The notes under the pieces: generated by a model | Databases searched by the model: none | What the model saw: only the letters and a program-made list of their open reading frames with translations | Told to the model about the DNA's origin: nothing | Program-made: the position numbers and the translations under genes | Assembly (NCBI GenBank): GCA_003971905.1 | Contig: RSEE01000024.1 | Coordinates: 434,001-498,000, forward strand | Origin: Moniliella sp. 'wahieum' | Taxonomy: Eukaryota | Direction of reading: 5' to 3' | Length of the DNA stretch: 64,000 nt | Shown here: piece by piece, positions 13,001-24,109 of the stretch | Layout: each line of letters starts with the position of its first letter | How positions within the stretch are numbered: the first letter of the stretch is position 1

Positions 13001-13286
13001 GTCTTTGGCCAGCGTCAGCGTGCTTGGCTTGGCGTGTCAGGTTGTGTTGCCTCTGTTGGCAGTGAAATTTGAGATCCGGAACGCTTTTCCCATACAAAAG
13101 CCACCATATTGCTTGACCCTGAAAAACGTCGACCAATTCGGCTCAAGCTTGAACCAACCTGTACGACTTCTACGGACCTGTCATAGTTTAACCACTCAAG
13201 TCAGGGCTGATACCAACCGAGAACACCGTATGATACCAGCGTGAATTGCCCTGGGATGATCGGTCCAGAGGCTCAACGCCCCACCT

Positions 13287-14261
13287 CTAGTCCGAGTCTG
13301 AGTCGGAATCGCCATCGACCTCCGCATTCTCCTTCTCGGCGCGGGCCATGAGTTGTTCCAGTTCCTTATCCTCCGTTTCGGACACGGCCTTGGGCTGCAT
13401 CTTGATCACCATCGACCCGCGCGACTCGGCAATGGAATCTTGAATCTTCTCCAAGGCTTTCTCCAGGACTTCCAGACCGCCCGTCTTGTTCGTTGTGCTG
13501 CACAGCACCACATACAGTGGCGGCGCAACGAGTTTGACCTGGATGGGAAATTCCTCGGTCGAAGTCGACATGCCCGCCCGAAGTGCCTTTTTGATCGCAT
13601 CAATCCCCTCGGGACTGAAACACGTCACCTCCACATCCGCACGCAGCTTGACCGGCTGCGGCGTCAGTTTGCGCACAATGTTCAGTCGCAGCTGCTCCTC
13701 TACCTCCGGCGGGAGCGGGTCCAACCCATCAAATACCTGCCCCCGATCCACAATCGACAACTTGAACGCATCAAAGCAGTGGCCAAACTTCTTGTCCAGC
13801 GGCCAGCACACCTTCTCATACAGCTGCTCCAAAGGGTAGTTGGTCTTTCCCGCCACCTGCGACATGAGGTTGTGCACCGTCTTGGACTTTTGGTACCGCT
13901 CTGCACACTTTTCAATATCCTCCGGGTCGACACGCCTCTTGGACAAGTCAATGTAGCCTACCCACAGCCAGAGGTTAGTATGCGTGCAGCGCTGTTCCCA
14001 CGACGTGGACACAAAGGCAGAAAAGGAACACGTACCCTTATCCTTGTCAACACGCATCACCACCACAACCTCGTTGCGTCCAACACGGATGAGTTTTTGG
14101 ATGGAGCGAATGCGGCGGCGCGAGAGCTCAGAGAGCATGATCATGCCTTCGGCATTGTCGTACTCGAGCAAGTTGACGTATGCGCCCATCTCGGCGATTT
14201 GCCGCACCTGGACCATGACCACATCGTCGGGGTCGGGAAGCGCCTTCTCGTAGAAGCGCAT
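13287..14261 (-). CDS. SUI2: Translation initiation factor eIF2 alpha
   Basis: MRFYEKALPDPDDVVMVQVRQIAEMGAYVNLLEYDNAEGMIMLSELSRRRIRSIQKLIRVG, including the Ser51-equivalent site; one in-frame intron (~14035-13958) between KDKG and YIDLSKRRV. Confidence 0.97.
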   Translation of the reverse strand: MRFYEKALPDPDDVVMVQVRQIAEMGAYVNLLEYDNAEGMIMLSELSRRRIRSIQKLIRVGRNEVVVVMRVDKDKGTCSFSAFVSTSWEQRCTHTNLWLWVGYIDLSKRRVDPEDIEKCAERYQKSKTVHNLMSQVAGKTNYPLEQLYEKVCWPLDKKFGHCFDAFKLSIVDRGQVFDGLDPLPPEVEEQLRLNIVRKLTPQPVKLRADVEVTCFSPEGIDAIKKALRAGMSTSTEEFPIQVKLVAPPLYVVLCSTTNKTGGLEVLEKALEKIQDSIAESRGSMVIKMQPKAVSETEDKELEQLMARAEKENAEVDGDSDSDSD

Positions 14262-14810
14262 GGGGGGCAAGGGGAGGGGGGGATAAGGGATGGTGGGGCG
14301 TCGGTCGGCTGGGTCGCTCACCGCTCGCCCCCATCGCCACCTCCCGCCGCGCCACGCCCGGCCACACCGAAACCCAGCACGGCCAAAAAACCAGCTTGCC
14401 TTCTTCGCCTGTGGCTGGGCGGAATGCCAAACACGATTCCGCCCCCACGGTGTGTTCCGCACCCCGGTCCCAGCCAGTGTCGGCAGCGCCCAGCGGACGA
14501 GGGACGATGGACGCCGCTGGGATGTGAATACGACCCCACCAAGTCCGGCACGGAACCTCGGTTGTCGGTACCATCAGGAATACTCCGTCGCGGGCCATGC
14601 TTGCCGTAGTGGTGCTGGCCAGGCAATAGCACCCCCATTGCCACCACGGCCACGCCGCCTTCCCTGGCCCCAACACCCCTGTTGCGTTAGTTAGCCCCGG
14701 ATGCACCCATGGGCACGCTCAGCGTGAACGTTCAACCAACCGAAATTGAAATTGCACTTTACCCGTTCCTGACCTGGCGCAGAACTGAAATTCATTCGGG
14801 CGCAGAGGCA

Positions 14811-14872
14811 CGTGACTGCAACCCTATGCCCCGCCTATGGAAAATGCTGCGGCAACGGGCGGAAGAACCCTA
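14811..14872 (+). promoter_or_regulatory. Candidate ribosomal-protein promoter motifs (Homol D-like and telobox/Homol E-like)
   Basis: CGTGACTG (reverse complement CAGTCACG) at 14811-14818 and AACCCTA at 14820-14826 and 14866-14872, between divergent SUI2 and RPS19. Short motifs; function is inferred. Confidence 0.4.
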
Positions 14873-15133
14873 CTCTTCCCTGTCCCGGCCGCCCATCCGG
14901 CCCAGCTGCCTGCCGCCGCCGCGTCCCAGCCGCAAACGACACCAGGCCACCGCTCCAAGCCAGACGAATAGGTGCGTTGCTGACCGCTGCCGCCAGGCAC
15001 GCCGCCCCGCAGGAGCACACGGCGAGGGGAGGGCGGAGATGTTGTGGTGCCCATCCTCGATCGCACGCGGATCCGTTGTGGCTGACCCTTTTGCCTCTGC
15101 TTCTGCCTCTGCTTCTGCTTGCCCCAGCCCACC

Positions 15134-15616
15134 ATGCCCAACGTTCGTGACGTTGCTGCCGACCTGTTCATCCAGGAATACGCCGAGCACCTCCGCCGCT
15201 CGGGCAAGATTGAGCTGCCGACGTGGGTGGACATTGTCAAGACGGGCGCGTACAAGGAGCTTGCGCCGTACGACGAGACGTGGTTCTACGTCCGTGCCGC
15301 CGCTGTCGCCCGGCACATTTACCTGCGCAAGAGCGTGGGCATTGGCGCGCTGCAAAAGTACCAGGGTGGTGCGCAGAACCGCGGCTACCGCCCTTCGAAG
15401 CACGCTGACGCCTCGGGCTCGGTGCAGCGCAAGGTCGTCCAGGCCCTGGAGAGCATTGGCGTGCTCGAGAAGGACCCCAAGGGCGGCCGCCGTATCTCCC
15501 AAGACGGCATGCGCGACCTCGACCGGATCGCCGTTGCTTGCCTTGAGAAGCAGGCTGAGGAGGAGTCCGAGGAGGAGTCGGACGAGGAGGAGGAGGAGGA
15601 CGACGACGACGAGTAA
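15134..15616 (+). CDS. RPS19: 40S ribosomal protein eS19 with acidic C-terminal tail
   Basis: MPNVRDVAAD..LRRSGKIELPTWVDIVKTGAYKELAPYD..WFYVRAAAVARHIYLRK..GGRRISQDGMRDLDRIA. Probable 5'UTR intron (GTGCGT ~14972 to CAG ~15127). Confidence 0.97.
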   Translation: MPNVRDVAADLFIQEYAEHLRRSGKIELPTWVDIVKTGAYKELAPYDETWFYVRAAAVARHIYLRKSVGIGALQKYQGGAQNRGYRPSKHADASGSVQRKVVQALESIGVLEKDPKGGRRISQDGMRDLDRIAVACLEKQAEEESEEESDEEEEEDDDDE

Positions 15617-16635
15617 TGTCCTGCTGCAAAAGGCTTGCCTGGCTGGTCGCTCCCCTCCCGCGTCCGCGTCGGAGCACAGCGCTCTTCCCCCCACCTGGCT
15701 AGGGCTGCCACTGAATTAGATTGCTCTGCTGATGTCTCTATTGGTGTAAAGCACACACCCGAGTGTTGACGTAGGGCTACTGGGCATGTGTTGCTGCACC
15801 CAGGGAACATGCATGACCCCAGGTTCTAAAATGCACCAGTGAGTCCAAAATCGGTGACAACGTAGCAGAGACCCGACAGAGACCCCCACGATCATGTCCA
15901 GAGACGTGAAAACAGATGATGGATACTGGATAATCGATAACCCTCCTTCTGCAGCTCGAGGAGCCCAGCGCGATCAGATGTTGAAACGGAGGGAATGATC
16001 ATCAGTGTCCTGCAGGATATCTTAGGAAACCGACGGCAGCTGCACGACGTGCCCAAGAAGGGACATCCAAAAAACGAGTCAGTAAAAGTTGTAGCAAACA
16101 GGGTGTCTCTGGCAGGCGGGCCGGGCGGGCCGACCACATGCCGTTGTACGGCTGCTTCTATATTCCGGCGCGACAACGTAGTGTGGTTATGCATCCCTGG
16201 CCAATATAGGCGGCGGCGCGCATTTCGTTCCCATTCCTGCCACGCACTTCCTCATCATTTTTTTCCCAGGAAGCAAACCTATACAAAGATAAGAGAGATC
16301 GAGATGGACTGCACAGGCTGGGCGCACAGGCTGAGCAGCACAAAGAGAAGCAGGAAAAAATAGATAAAAAAAGAAAAAAGGAACCACTGCAGGTTCTCGG
16401 TTGGTCAAAAGAAGGCTGGGATCGGATCTGGGACGGAACAGGTTGCGCCGTCCCCATTTTGTTCCCATTTGTCACGTTACGCGTCAACGGACCGTCGCAG
16501 GAGCGGGGCGATGCGAACACAACGTGCAAATGCAAAAGAGATAAGATAAGACACATGCAAGCAAAAGATAAGGAGCAAAACCTATCCCTTTAGAGGCAGG
16601 CCGCATCGACGGACGGGATGGTCGTGCCAAAGGAC

Positions 16636-18393
16636 CTACTTGGCCACCGTGCCGTTGGTCACCACCGCGGGCGTGTAGTTGCCAAAGCAGGCCTGGCCAA
16701 AGTTGGCAGCTTGAGTAAGGTGTTGTTGCTGGAAGCGGACGAATTCGTCGAGCAAACACGCGCCATCGGCGCGCGGGGTGCACCCCTGGGCCGCGGTCAT
16801 GGGGATCAGCGCATCGTTGAGCAACGTCCGCACCACCGTCTCAGACGTCGCATTGTCCGCGGCACATTCGGACACTTCGTAAATCAGTCGTGCGGCGTAG
16901 GGTGTGATGTGGGCCAACTTGTCGACCCGGGTGGCGTTTTCCTGCGTTCCCGGAAGCACTTCACCCAGGACTTGAGTGTAGTTGAACGCGGTCAGCACCG
17001 AGACCAAGACATCGTCATGGGTAAAGTCCATGTACAGTTGTTGGTCCATAGGGAAAAAAGTAGCGTTGAGCAACGAGGTGTTCTGCATCGTCACTGCGTC
17101 CGGGGCGATGGTGGTGTTGCTCAAGCGGGCCAGCACGTCCTGCGCCAATCCCACCCCTTGCGCCCGCCCGGTCTGCGAACCAAACGAGTAGTCGCCCCAA
17201 AACTCGAGGTCCAGCTCATACTCAAACCCGGCCCACTCTTCTTGGGTGAACAGCTGGCAGAAGGGCGACGTGCCAAGACCCACCGTCTCGTACGCACACA
17301 GCGACTGCATCCCAAATACCAGATCGTTCGTCAAGTTGAGGCCAGGCACCAGGGGCTGCAAGCGCTTCGTCGCATTGGACAGGTACACCGCTTTCCACTC
17401 GGTATCGAGAATAGTGTCGCCAATATAGACAGTGTTGGAGTTGTTGCACGTGTCGTAGGGGGCAAGGGTGTTGTTGAAGCCATCGCCTTCGAGAATGACC
17501 TCGAGGTCAATCAAGTTGGGTGCGTCCAAGCCAAAGAAGCCCGCGGTAAAGTAGCGTGCCGACTCGAGCATGCGCGCCTCAGACGTGGTGCGCACCACGG
17601 GCTTGTGCGACTGGTTGGAACGGTTGTACAGCTGACCGTACTGGTAGTATGCCTTGATACCCGAATCAAACAGCTCTTGCGCACCGTTGGGGACCAACAC
17701 CTCGGCCCCGAGCTGGTAGGTCCAGTCGTTGAGGAACGCCAGTTCGCCCGATGCGTTGAGCGCGGGACCGGTGCCGGCCGAGGCATTGGCCTTGGCCTCG
17801 GCGATGGCCACTCCAAAGGCGGGGGCGCCCTCGGTCGAGCCCGAGGTGGGATAGCGCGAGCCGTGGCGGTGCAAGATCTGGACCTGCTTGATGGAGCACG
17901 AGGGCGCGAGCTGCCGCTGGCTCTGCCACTCGGGGAAGAGGGGCGAGGGGAAGTAGGGCGACTGGGCAGCGCGGCAGAGGGCAAAGCAGAGGGCAAAGGA
18001 GGCAGGGTCAGTCGCTGTCAGCAGCTGTGTTCGGGGCCGAGCAGAGACGGAAGAGACGCACGTTGTTGCCCCACGACTGGTCCACGACAAAGGCAGGGTC
18101 GGTGGCATAGAGGGGGAGGTAGTTGACCTCGACGGAGGAGAGGCTGTGGTTCTTGCCGTTGGCAGAGGCGTTGACGGAGTTGTGCTGGGCGACAAAGGGG
18201 GCGGCGCCGTACTTGACGGGGCCCTGGAAGCCGACGTTGGTGGGGAAGAGCGGGTCGAGGACGATGGTGGTGTTGGGCTCGACGAGGCCGGCCTGGCGGG
18301 CGACGAGGAGGCGCGCGTGGGGGGGAGGACAGCGGCGGCGGCGGGGGGCACGCACGCAGCGGTCGCGGCGGCGGCGAGGGCGAGGGCGAGCAT
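16636..18393 (-). CDS. Secreted histidine acid phosphatase / phytase
   Basis: Hydrophobic signal-like N-terminus MLALALAAAATAAC; RHGSRYPT and FTHDD catalytic motifs; many N-x-S/T sequons; intron between WGNN and SPYFPSP; indel near the 5' end. Confidence 0.92.
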   Translation of the reverse strand: MLALALAAAATAACVPPAAAAVLPPTRASSSPARPASSSPTPPSSSTRSSPPTSASRAPSSTAPPPLSPSTTPSTPLPTARTTASPPSRSTTSPSMPPTLPLSWTSRGATTCVSSVSARPRTQLLTATDPASFALCFALCRAAQSPYFPSPLFPEWQSQRQLAPSCSIKQVQILHRHGSRYPTSGSTEGAPAFGVAIAEAKANASAGTGPALNASGELAFLNDWTYQLGAEVLVPNGAQELFDSGIKAYYQYGQLYNRSNQSHKPVVRTTSEARMLESARYFTAGFFGLDAPNLIDLEVILEGDGFNNTLAPYDTCNNSNTVYIGDTILDTEWKAVYLSNATKRLQPLVPGLNLTNDLVFGMQSLCAYETVGLGTSPFCQLFTQEEWAGFEYELDLEFWGDYSFGSQTGRAQGVGLAQDVLARLSNTTIAPDAVTMQNTSLLNATFFPMDQQLYMDFTHDDVLVSVLTAFNYTQVLGEVLPGTQENATRVDKLAHITPYAARLIYEVSECAADNATSETVVRTLLNDALIPMTAAQGCTPRADGACLLDEFVRFQQQHLTQAANFGQACFGNYTPAVVTNGTVAK

Positions 18394-18846
18394 GGGCGGG
18401 CAGGGGGGGAGGGAGGCGACGGATGGGACTCTTAAGGGCGACTGGGATGAGATCTCAGTCTGAGATCGACAAGTGGGGCGGGGCTGGGCCGGGCGGCACG
18501 GCACATCACATGTCACATCGCATCCTGCAGCACATCACATGGCAGCACGTGACGTGTGACGCACGCATGCGCCGGACAGATTGCGCCCGTGGGGGGGCGT
18601 GGGGGGGACGATCGCGGTGGCTGCCGCGGCCATGGGGAGCGTGGGCAGGCCGCTGCGCACCACACCGGCGGTCCTCTGCCGCCTCCACATGCAACGGCGC
18701 CTCCACACCCACCTGCTGCGTCGATCCTCCGTACCCTCCGGCGTTCCCCACGTAGCTTCCCGTAGTTTCCCCGCCCGCGCCGCGGGCGGGCAGGAAAGGA
18801 AAAACAGGCGTGCCTGACTCGCCGCGCCGCCGCCTCCCACCGCCAC

Positions 18847-20322
18847 ATGCCCCCCACCCGCCCCGCACGTCCCCGGCATCCGCCGCCGCCGCCGCCTCGG
18901 CGTCTTCGCCGCCACGCCCACCACACCCACCACGCCCCACGTCCTCCGCCCCGCCCCGCCTCCCCCCCCCACCGAGCCGGCGATCGACGTTGGCCAGCTC
19001 GCCCACGCCGCCCCCGAGCTCGCGCCCTTTCTCCGCCCGCACAGCGCCGCCATCGACTTTGGCCGCGCCGGCGCCGCCGAGGCGCTCGCCCAGGCACTGC
19101 TCCGCGTCCAGTACGGCCTGCACGTGACTCTGCGCGCGGACCGGCTGTGCCCGCACGTGCCCGGGTGGCATATGTGCGCTGGGTCAGCGCGTTGCTCCAG
19201 CGCTCCGCCTGGGTCGACACTCACGTCTTCCGCGCCCCGCCCGCCCCCACTGCCCACCCCCGCCGTGCTCGACGTCGGCACCGGCCACGTCGCCATCTAC
19301 GCCCTGCTCGCCGCCGCCCTCCACCCCTCCTGGCACCTCCTCGCCACTGACATTGACCCCGTCTCCCTCGCCCATGCCCGCCACACCGTCCAGCACGCCG
19401 ACCCCTCCGGCCAGATGGCCCTGCCACAGCGCATCCGCCTCCTCCAACGCCAGCCCGACGACCCCCTCTTCCCACCGCCCCCGCACGAGTTGAACGAGCC
19501 GCACGAGTCGCCCCTGTATCGGCAGCAGGGCCAATGGGCAGCGACAATGTGCAACCCTCCCTTTTACGCGTCGGAGCAAGCGCGGGTATCCCAGGCCGAG
19601 GACAAGCGTCTGCCGGCGCCTGGCGCCGTGGGATCTGCTCCGCCCGGTACCGACTCGGAGCTTGTCACGCCCGGCGGGGAGGTAGCGTTTTGGGGCGGAT
19701 GGTCGAGGAGAGTGTGACGATGCGGGCCGAGCGGACGTGGTACACGACCCTCTTGGGCCACAAGGCGTCCGTGGCTCTCGTGTGCGATATGCTGCGCCAA
19801 GCAGGTGTTCGTAACGTCCTCCATACTGTGCTGCGCACCACTGGACCGACCCGTCGCTGGGCCTTAGCTTGGTCCCTCGGTTCCATTCGCCCAGCCATTC
19901 AGGTAGAGGCGCTGGGACGCTCGGTGCCGGCCGCGTTCCCCGCCCTCATCGCTTGGGCCATTGAGGAAGACCACGCCCGCGCACACGAAGATGGCGAGGG
20001 TGGGTGGATCCTTGTGCTGGACCAGGCACCCTGGACGCGAGCCGGTCGCCGCGCCACGGCGCGCAGGGAGCCCCCACCGTCGTCCAGCTCGGCTTCGGCT
20101 TCTGGTTCTGGTGCAGGCGCAGACGCAAGCTCAGCGGGAAAGGGGGTTCTGTGTGCGCTACGACTCGTTTTCACCGACGGCGTAGTGACAGCCGACTGGC
20201 TCGCCGGCTCGGACCAGCGTATCGCGCTCAGCTGGTGTCGGCGCGCTCGTACCAAGCTCGCTGAGCTCAACACCGACTCGGCCTCGGAGTTGGCAGCCGC
20301 CTCTTCCACCTCGGGAGCATAG
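18847..20322 (+). CDS. METTL16/RlmF-family RNA m6A methyltransferase
   Basis: DRLCP.VP, LDVGTG..AIY.LL (SAM binding), TMCNPPFY, ELVTPGGEVAF, WYTTLLG.K and TRRWALAWS motifs spread over frameshifted ORFs. Confidence 0.88.
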
Positions 20323-20972
20323 CCGTCTGCCCCTCTACCCCCACTCGTGCATGTAGGTAGGGGTGGGTGAGCCCGCACGGGTTCCATGGTTCCTCTCCTC
20401 CCGCCGACACATTGTTCCAGTATCGTTCCCATTGTTGTCACTTCCCCACTTCTGTGATTCTGCCGGTCATGTGATGAACATCTCATTCTCCTTCCCCCAT
20501 CCATGCGGTCTTCTCGACCAGCTTGGCCCGCTCGACCCTGGTACTTTGTTCACCCGCTCCTCTCCAACAGTGTCATAGCCTCCATTGTCAACCGCATCAT
20601 CAGCACCAACGTCCTTATCGTCACCGCACTGTCTGCATAAACGCAATGCCATCAAATGTCTCGCTACTACTAGCATCGATACGCTCAACGTACCAACCGG
20701 TTCTATTTTGGTGTACATTCCCATTTCCCATCCCCCGCTCTCGTCCTATTCCATCAATGCTCACAGCAAAAGTGTCGAGGCGGCCACGCCACTTATAGCG
20801 TGTGTTGCTCGACTCGTCTGATAATCAATGCGGACTAATACCTTATCGGTCCTCAAGATCGTTCCAACTACTAGTCTGGCAACATAAATGGATCCAAATG
20901 AATTCAACGATCGATCGTAACGCACAACCATCACACACGTTCATCTTCGCATGGCGACCAGAAGAGAAAAGG

Positions 20973-22981
20973 TCACTCGTACAAACCCTGCAGTCGTATA
21001 GACCCCTTGAGAAACTCGCTGGGGCCTTCGTATCGCTTGTTGCTCCAAGCAAACCAATTGATCGCAGCGAGGATCAAAACAATCCCTACCACCGCCACGG
21101 CCCAATTCATCTCCCCAATCGTATTTACGCCGTTGACGGTACGGATGGGTTCCGAGGGGAAGAGGAAAAAGACGATGTCAAGGCCTGGTACGCAATTGCC
21201 ACCACATTCACAAAGATCCCGCCCCACCGACCAAACGTCCAGCGCCGCACGATCCCCAATTCGTCCATCCGCTTTCGGCCCCAGAGGAGCATAGCCGTGA
21301 TGCAGGGCAAGTAGGATAGTTGCAGCAGTACCACCGAGCTGCTCTGGGTCGCAACAAGTAGCTGGGACGGCCCAAACTCCAGCACGCCAATCACCACAAA
21401 CCAAAACAAGTTGAACATCGCAGCCCATACAGGCATTTCCCAGTACTTGGACGTGGACCCAATCCACTTGCCACAGGGCAACGCCTCGTCCCGCCCAAGC
21501 GCTTGTACCATGTGGTTCGCTGTCAAGTTGATCGCAGGGATGGTGAAAATCAGGGTCGACATGACCAGCATCGAGACAATGATCGCGCCTGCCTTGGATT
21601 CGACGGCTTGGTAGATAATCACCAGGAACGCTCCTCCTCCGGCTTCCAACGCTGTCGGCACATCGTTGACTGCTGCCAAAAACGCAATTAGCAGCACCAC
21701 CGCTGTTGAACCACCCATAATGCAGCTGACTACCATAGCCAGCGGTGCATCCCACGAGGGATGAGGGACCTCATTGACCAAATGTGCTGCCGCGTCCGCA
21801 CCCACCAATGAGAACTGAACCCAACGAAAGCAGGCGGGAAGAGAGGGAGGTCAGTTATAGGCTCTCGTCTCGCAGCGCTCACACACGCGACCCTGCCTCA
21901 GTTCCTCAGAGAGGAAGGAGGGTAAGGGAAAGAACCCTGGGGAAGTACTGGCACGCAACGTACCTGCGCATTCAAAAGACCTAGGATCCAGCACACGCCA
22001 TCGGACCACCCAGTGCCATTGGTGAAGGTAGCAAACACCCACTTCTGCTCACACGCCGGTTAGGGTCAGAACACAATTTTTTCCACGCCATATCGTCACC
22101 AAAAAGGGAGCAAGGCAGCATGCGCACCCATCGCGTAAGGTATCATGAGCGCCACTGCAGGCAAGTAGTACGACAAAAACCACGACCGCTCCCACCAAGG
22201 AACTTATCAACGCAGTCTTGTTCATCGCATCAATGATCTTGGCCCCGCAGACGCAGACAAAGGTGGAATAGGCCGTGATACCCATATAGATAACAAAGCG
22301 GACCCAATCCGTCGAGGTATAGCGGGGATGAAAGAGAGTGATGCACGCCTCCACGTAGGATCCTACCAGAGTTGGACCAGCTGCCGAAAGCACAATCCAT
22401 CCGCTCGCACCAACAAACCCAGCAAGATACGTTCCTACTCGGCCCAACGTCGACGTGCTGGAAAGCGCATACTGCCAATGATATTGCGCACCTGTAGCGC
22501 AGAGAGGACAGAGCCAGCAAAAGGAAGGGAAAAGTGAGTGTGAATGAGTGCGTGAGCGGTACAAAACCCCCCATAATAGATGCCAAACCATCACACCTCC
22601 TCACGCCAACACACGCCATAACATTCATCAACGTACCTGCTGTAGGGAACACATGGCACATCTCGGACAAGGAGCCTGCCACGCAGAGCGAGCACAGCGT
22701 CGCGACCAGCATACCATACACCACACTGACACTGCCCCCATCAGCCAGACCAATGTAGATGGAGATGGTCGAGGCAGCCCAGGTGTTGAGAATGGCAAAG
22801 CTAATGCCCAGCAGGGCAAGCTTGGACAAATGTTTCTTTCCTCCCGTACTTCGGCTAGCACGTCACCCCCAGGCCCACTCGCCTCAAAGGGGATCACCTC
22901 CACCATCGGCTTTTCGCCCATCACGCCCACAGCGTCTTTCCCCTCCAGGCCCAAATCAGACGCTTTGGAGGAAGAGGTCAT
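20973..22981 (-). CDS. APC-superfamily amino-acid/choline/GABA permease (ACT family, Hnm1/Uga4-like)
   Basis: LALLGISFAILNTW, SLSEMCHVFPTAG|AQYHW and VGADAAAHLVNEV motifs; multiple hydrophobic segments; at least 3 introns and several indels. Confidence 0.88.
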
Positions 22982-24109
22982 GATGGAATGGGGCCAGCGG
23001 TGAGATCGGAGATCGGAGAGCGGAGCGCGCACCAGGCGATGGGCGGATGGAGAGGAGGCAAAGAAGATGGGGGATGAGGGGTGGGTGGAAGTGCCGATGC
23101 AAGATGAAATATGCCAAGGCGCGCATACTACCACCAACGGCTAATCGCTAAGTTTTAAACAGGGGCCGAACGGCAGATGCATCCTTGGCGCTGAGGCTCA
23201 TATCTCGCAGCGCTCAGCCGCTCACAGTTGAGCGAAAACCGCAGTGCAAGTGCAGCCCCTGCAAAGCCCCCTTCTGCAGCCACAGCAAATAAGCGATCGC
23301 TTGGCAACTGCTCCACGTTCTCAGTCATCCAGTGGTATCGATAGTCATTTGGTGCTATAGTCACCGTCACTAGGCACACTACCAGGCACTAATCACTTCA
23401 CTACTAGCACTATAGTGACTGAGACTCCCAGGCCCAAAACCTGGGCCTCTATCGAGGTTAGGCCTTAGGCCGATTATCGATTATCGATTATCTCGATTAT
23501 CGACCTACAGGCGCCACTCTATCGAGCCAATCAAACTAATCAAGCCTTGCATCCCCACAAACACGCTCGGCTCTACTCGCTGATCGAACCCTGTATGAGG
23601 CCTTTAGCCAGCACAGCCTGGTGCCCCACTGCCCTTGGCAGATTAACTCGGGATTGTCAGCTGAGGAGACTTGGGGCGGCCCAGCCACGCCCTCCACTGT
23701 TATCGGTTATCAATTGCCAATACAGGCAGACGCTCGTTGGGGCATCTGCCTCTCTTGGACGCTGCCGTTACTAATACGCAAGGCATAGATGGAGTTACGC
23801 GGTACGCGCGCTACGCGGTACGCAGCAAGAGACAATGGCTCGCAGGCTCACCACCGAGCTCCGCCAGCTCAGCCTCCCGGGCTGATAACCTGGTAATCAA
23901 GAACATTAATCACACAGGCACAATCTAATCTCGCCTCCCGCTGCCTATCGATCCCATCTGGTTCGTCTCAGACGTCCGCCCCGGCTCGCCCACACTGGCC
24001 AGCGCTTCGGCTTTAGATATGACGACCGCTCTGGCACCTCGCCGCTTGTGACTTTAAATTCAGGTTGTGCATTGAGGCTGTCAATTGCATGTCAATGTGA
24101 CATGTGACA

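Noticed and set aside
13353..18126. Long antisense ORFs (13353-14609 +, 16618-18126 +, 14870-15694 -)
   Set aside because: They are shadow frames of GC-rich genes on the opposite strand and show no motifs of their own.
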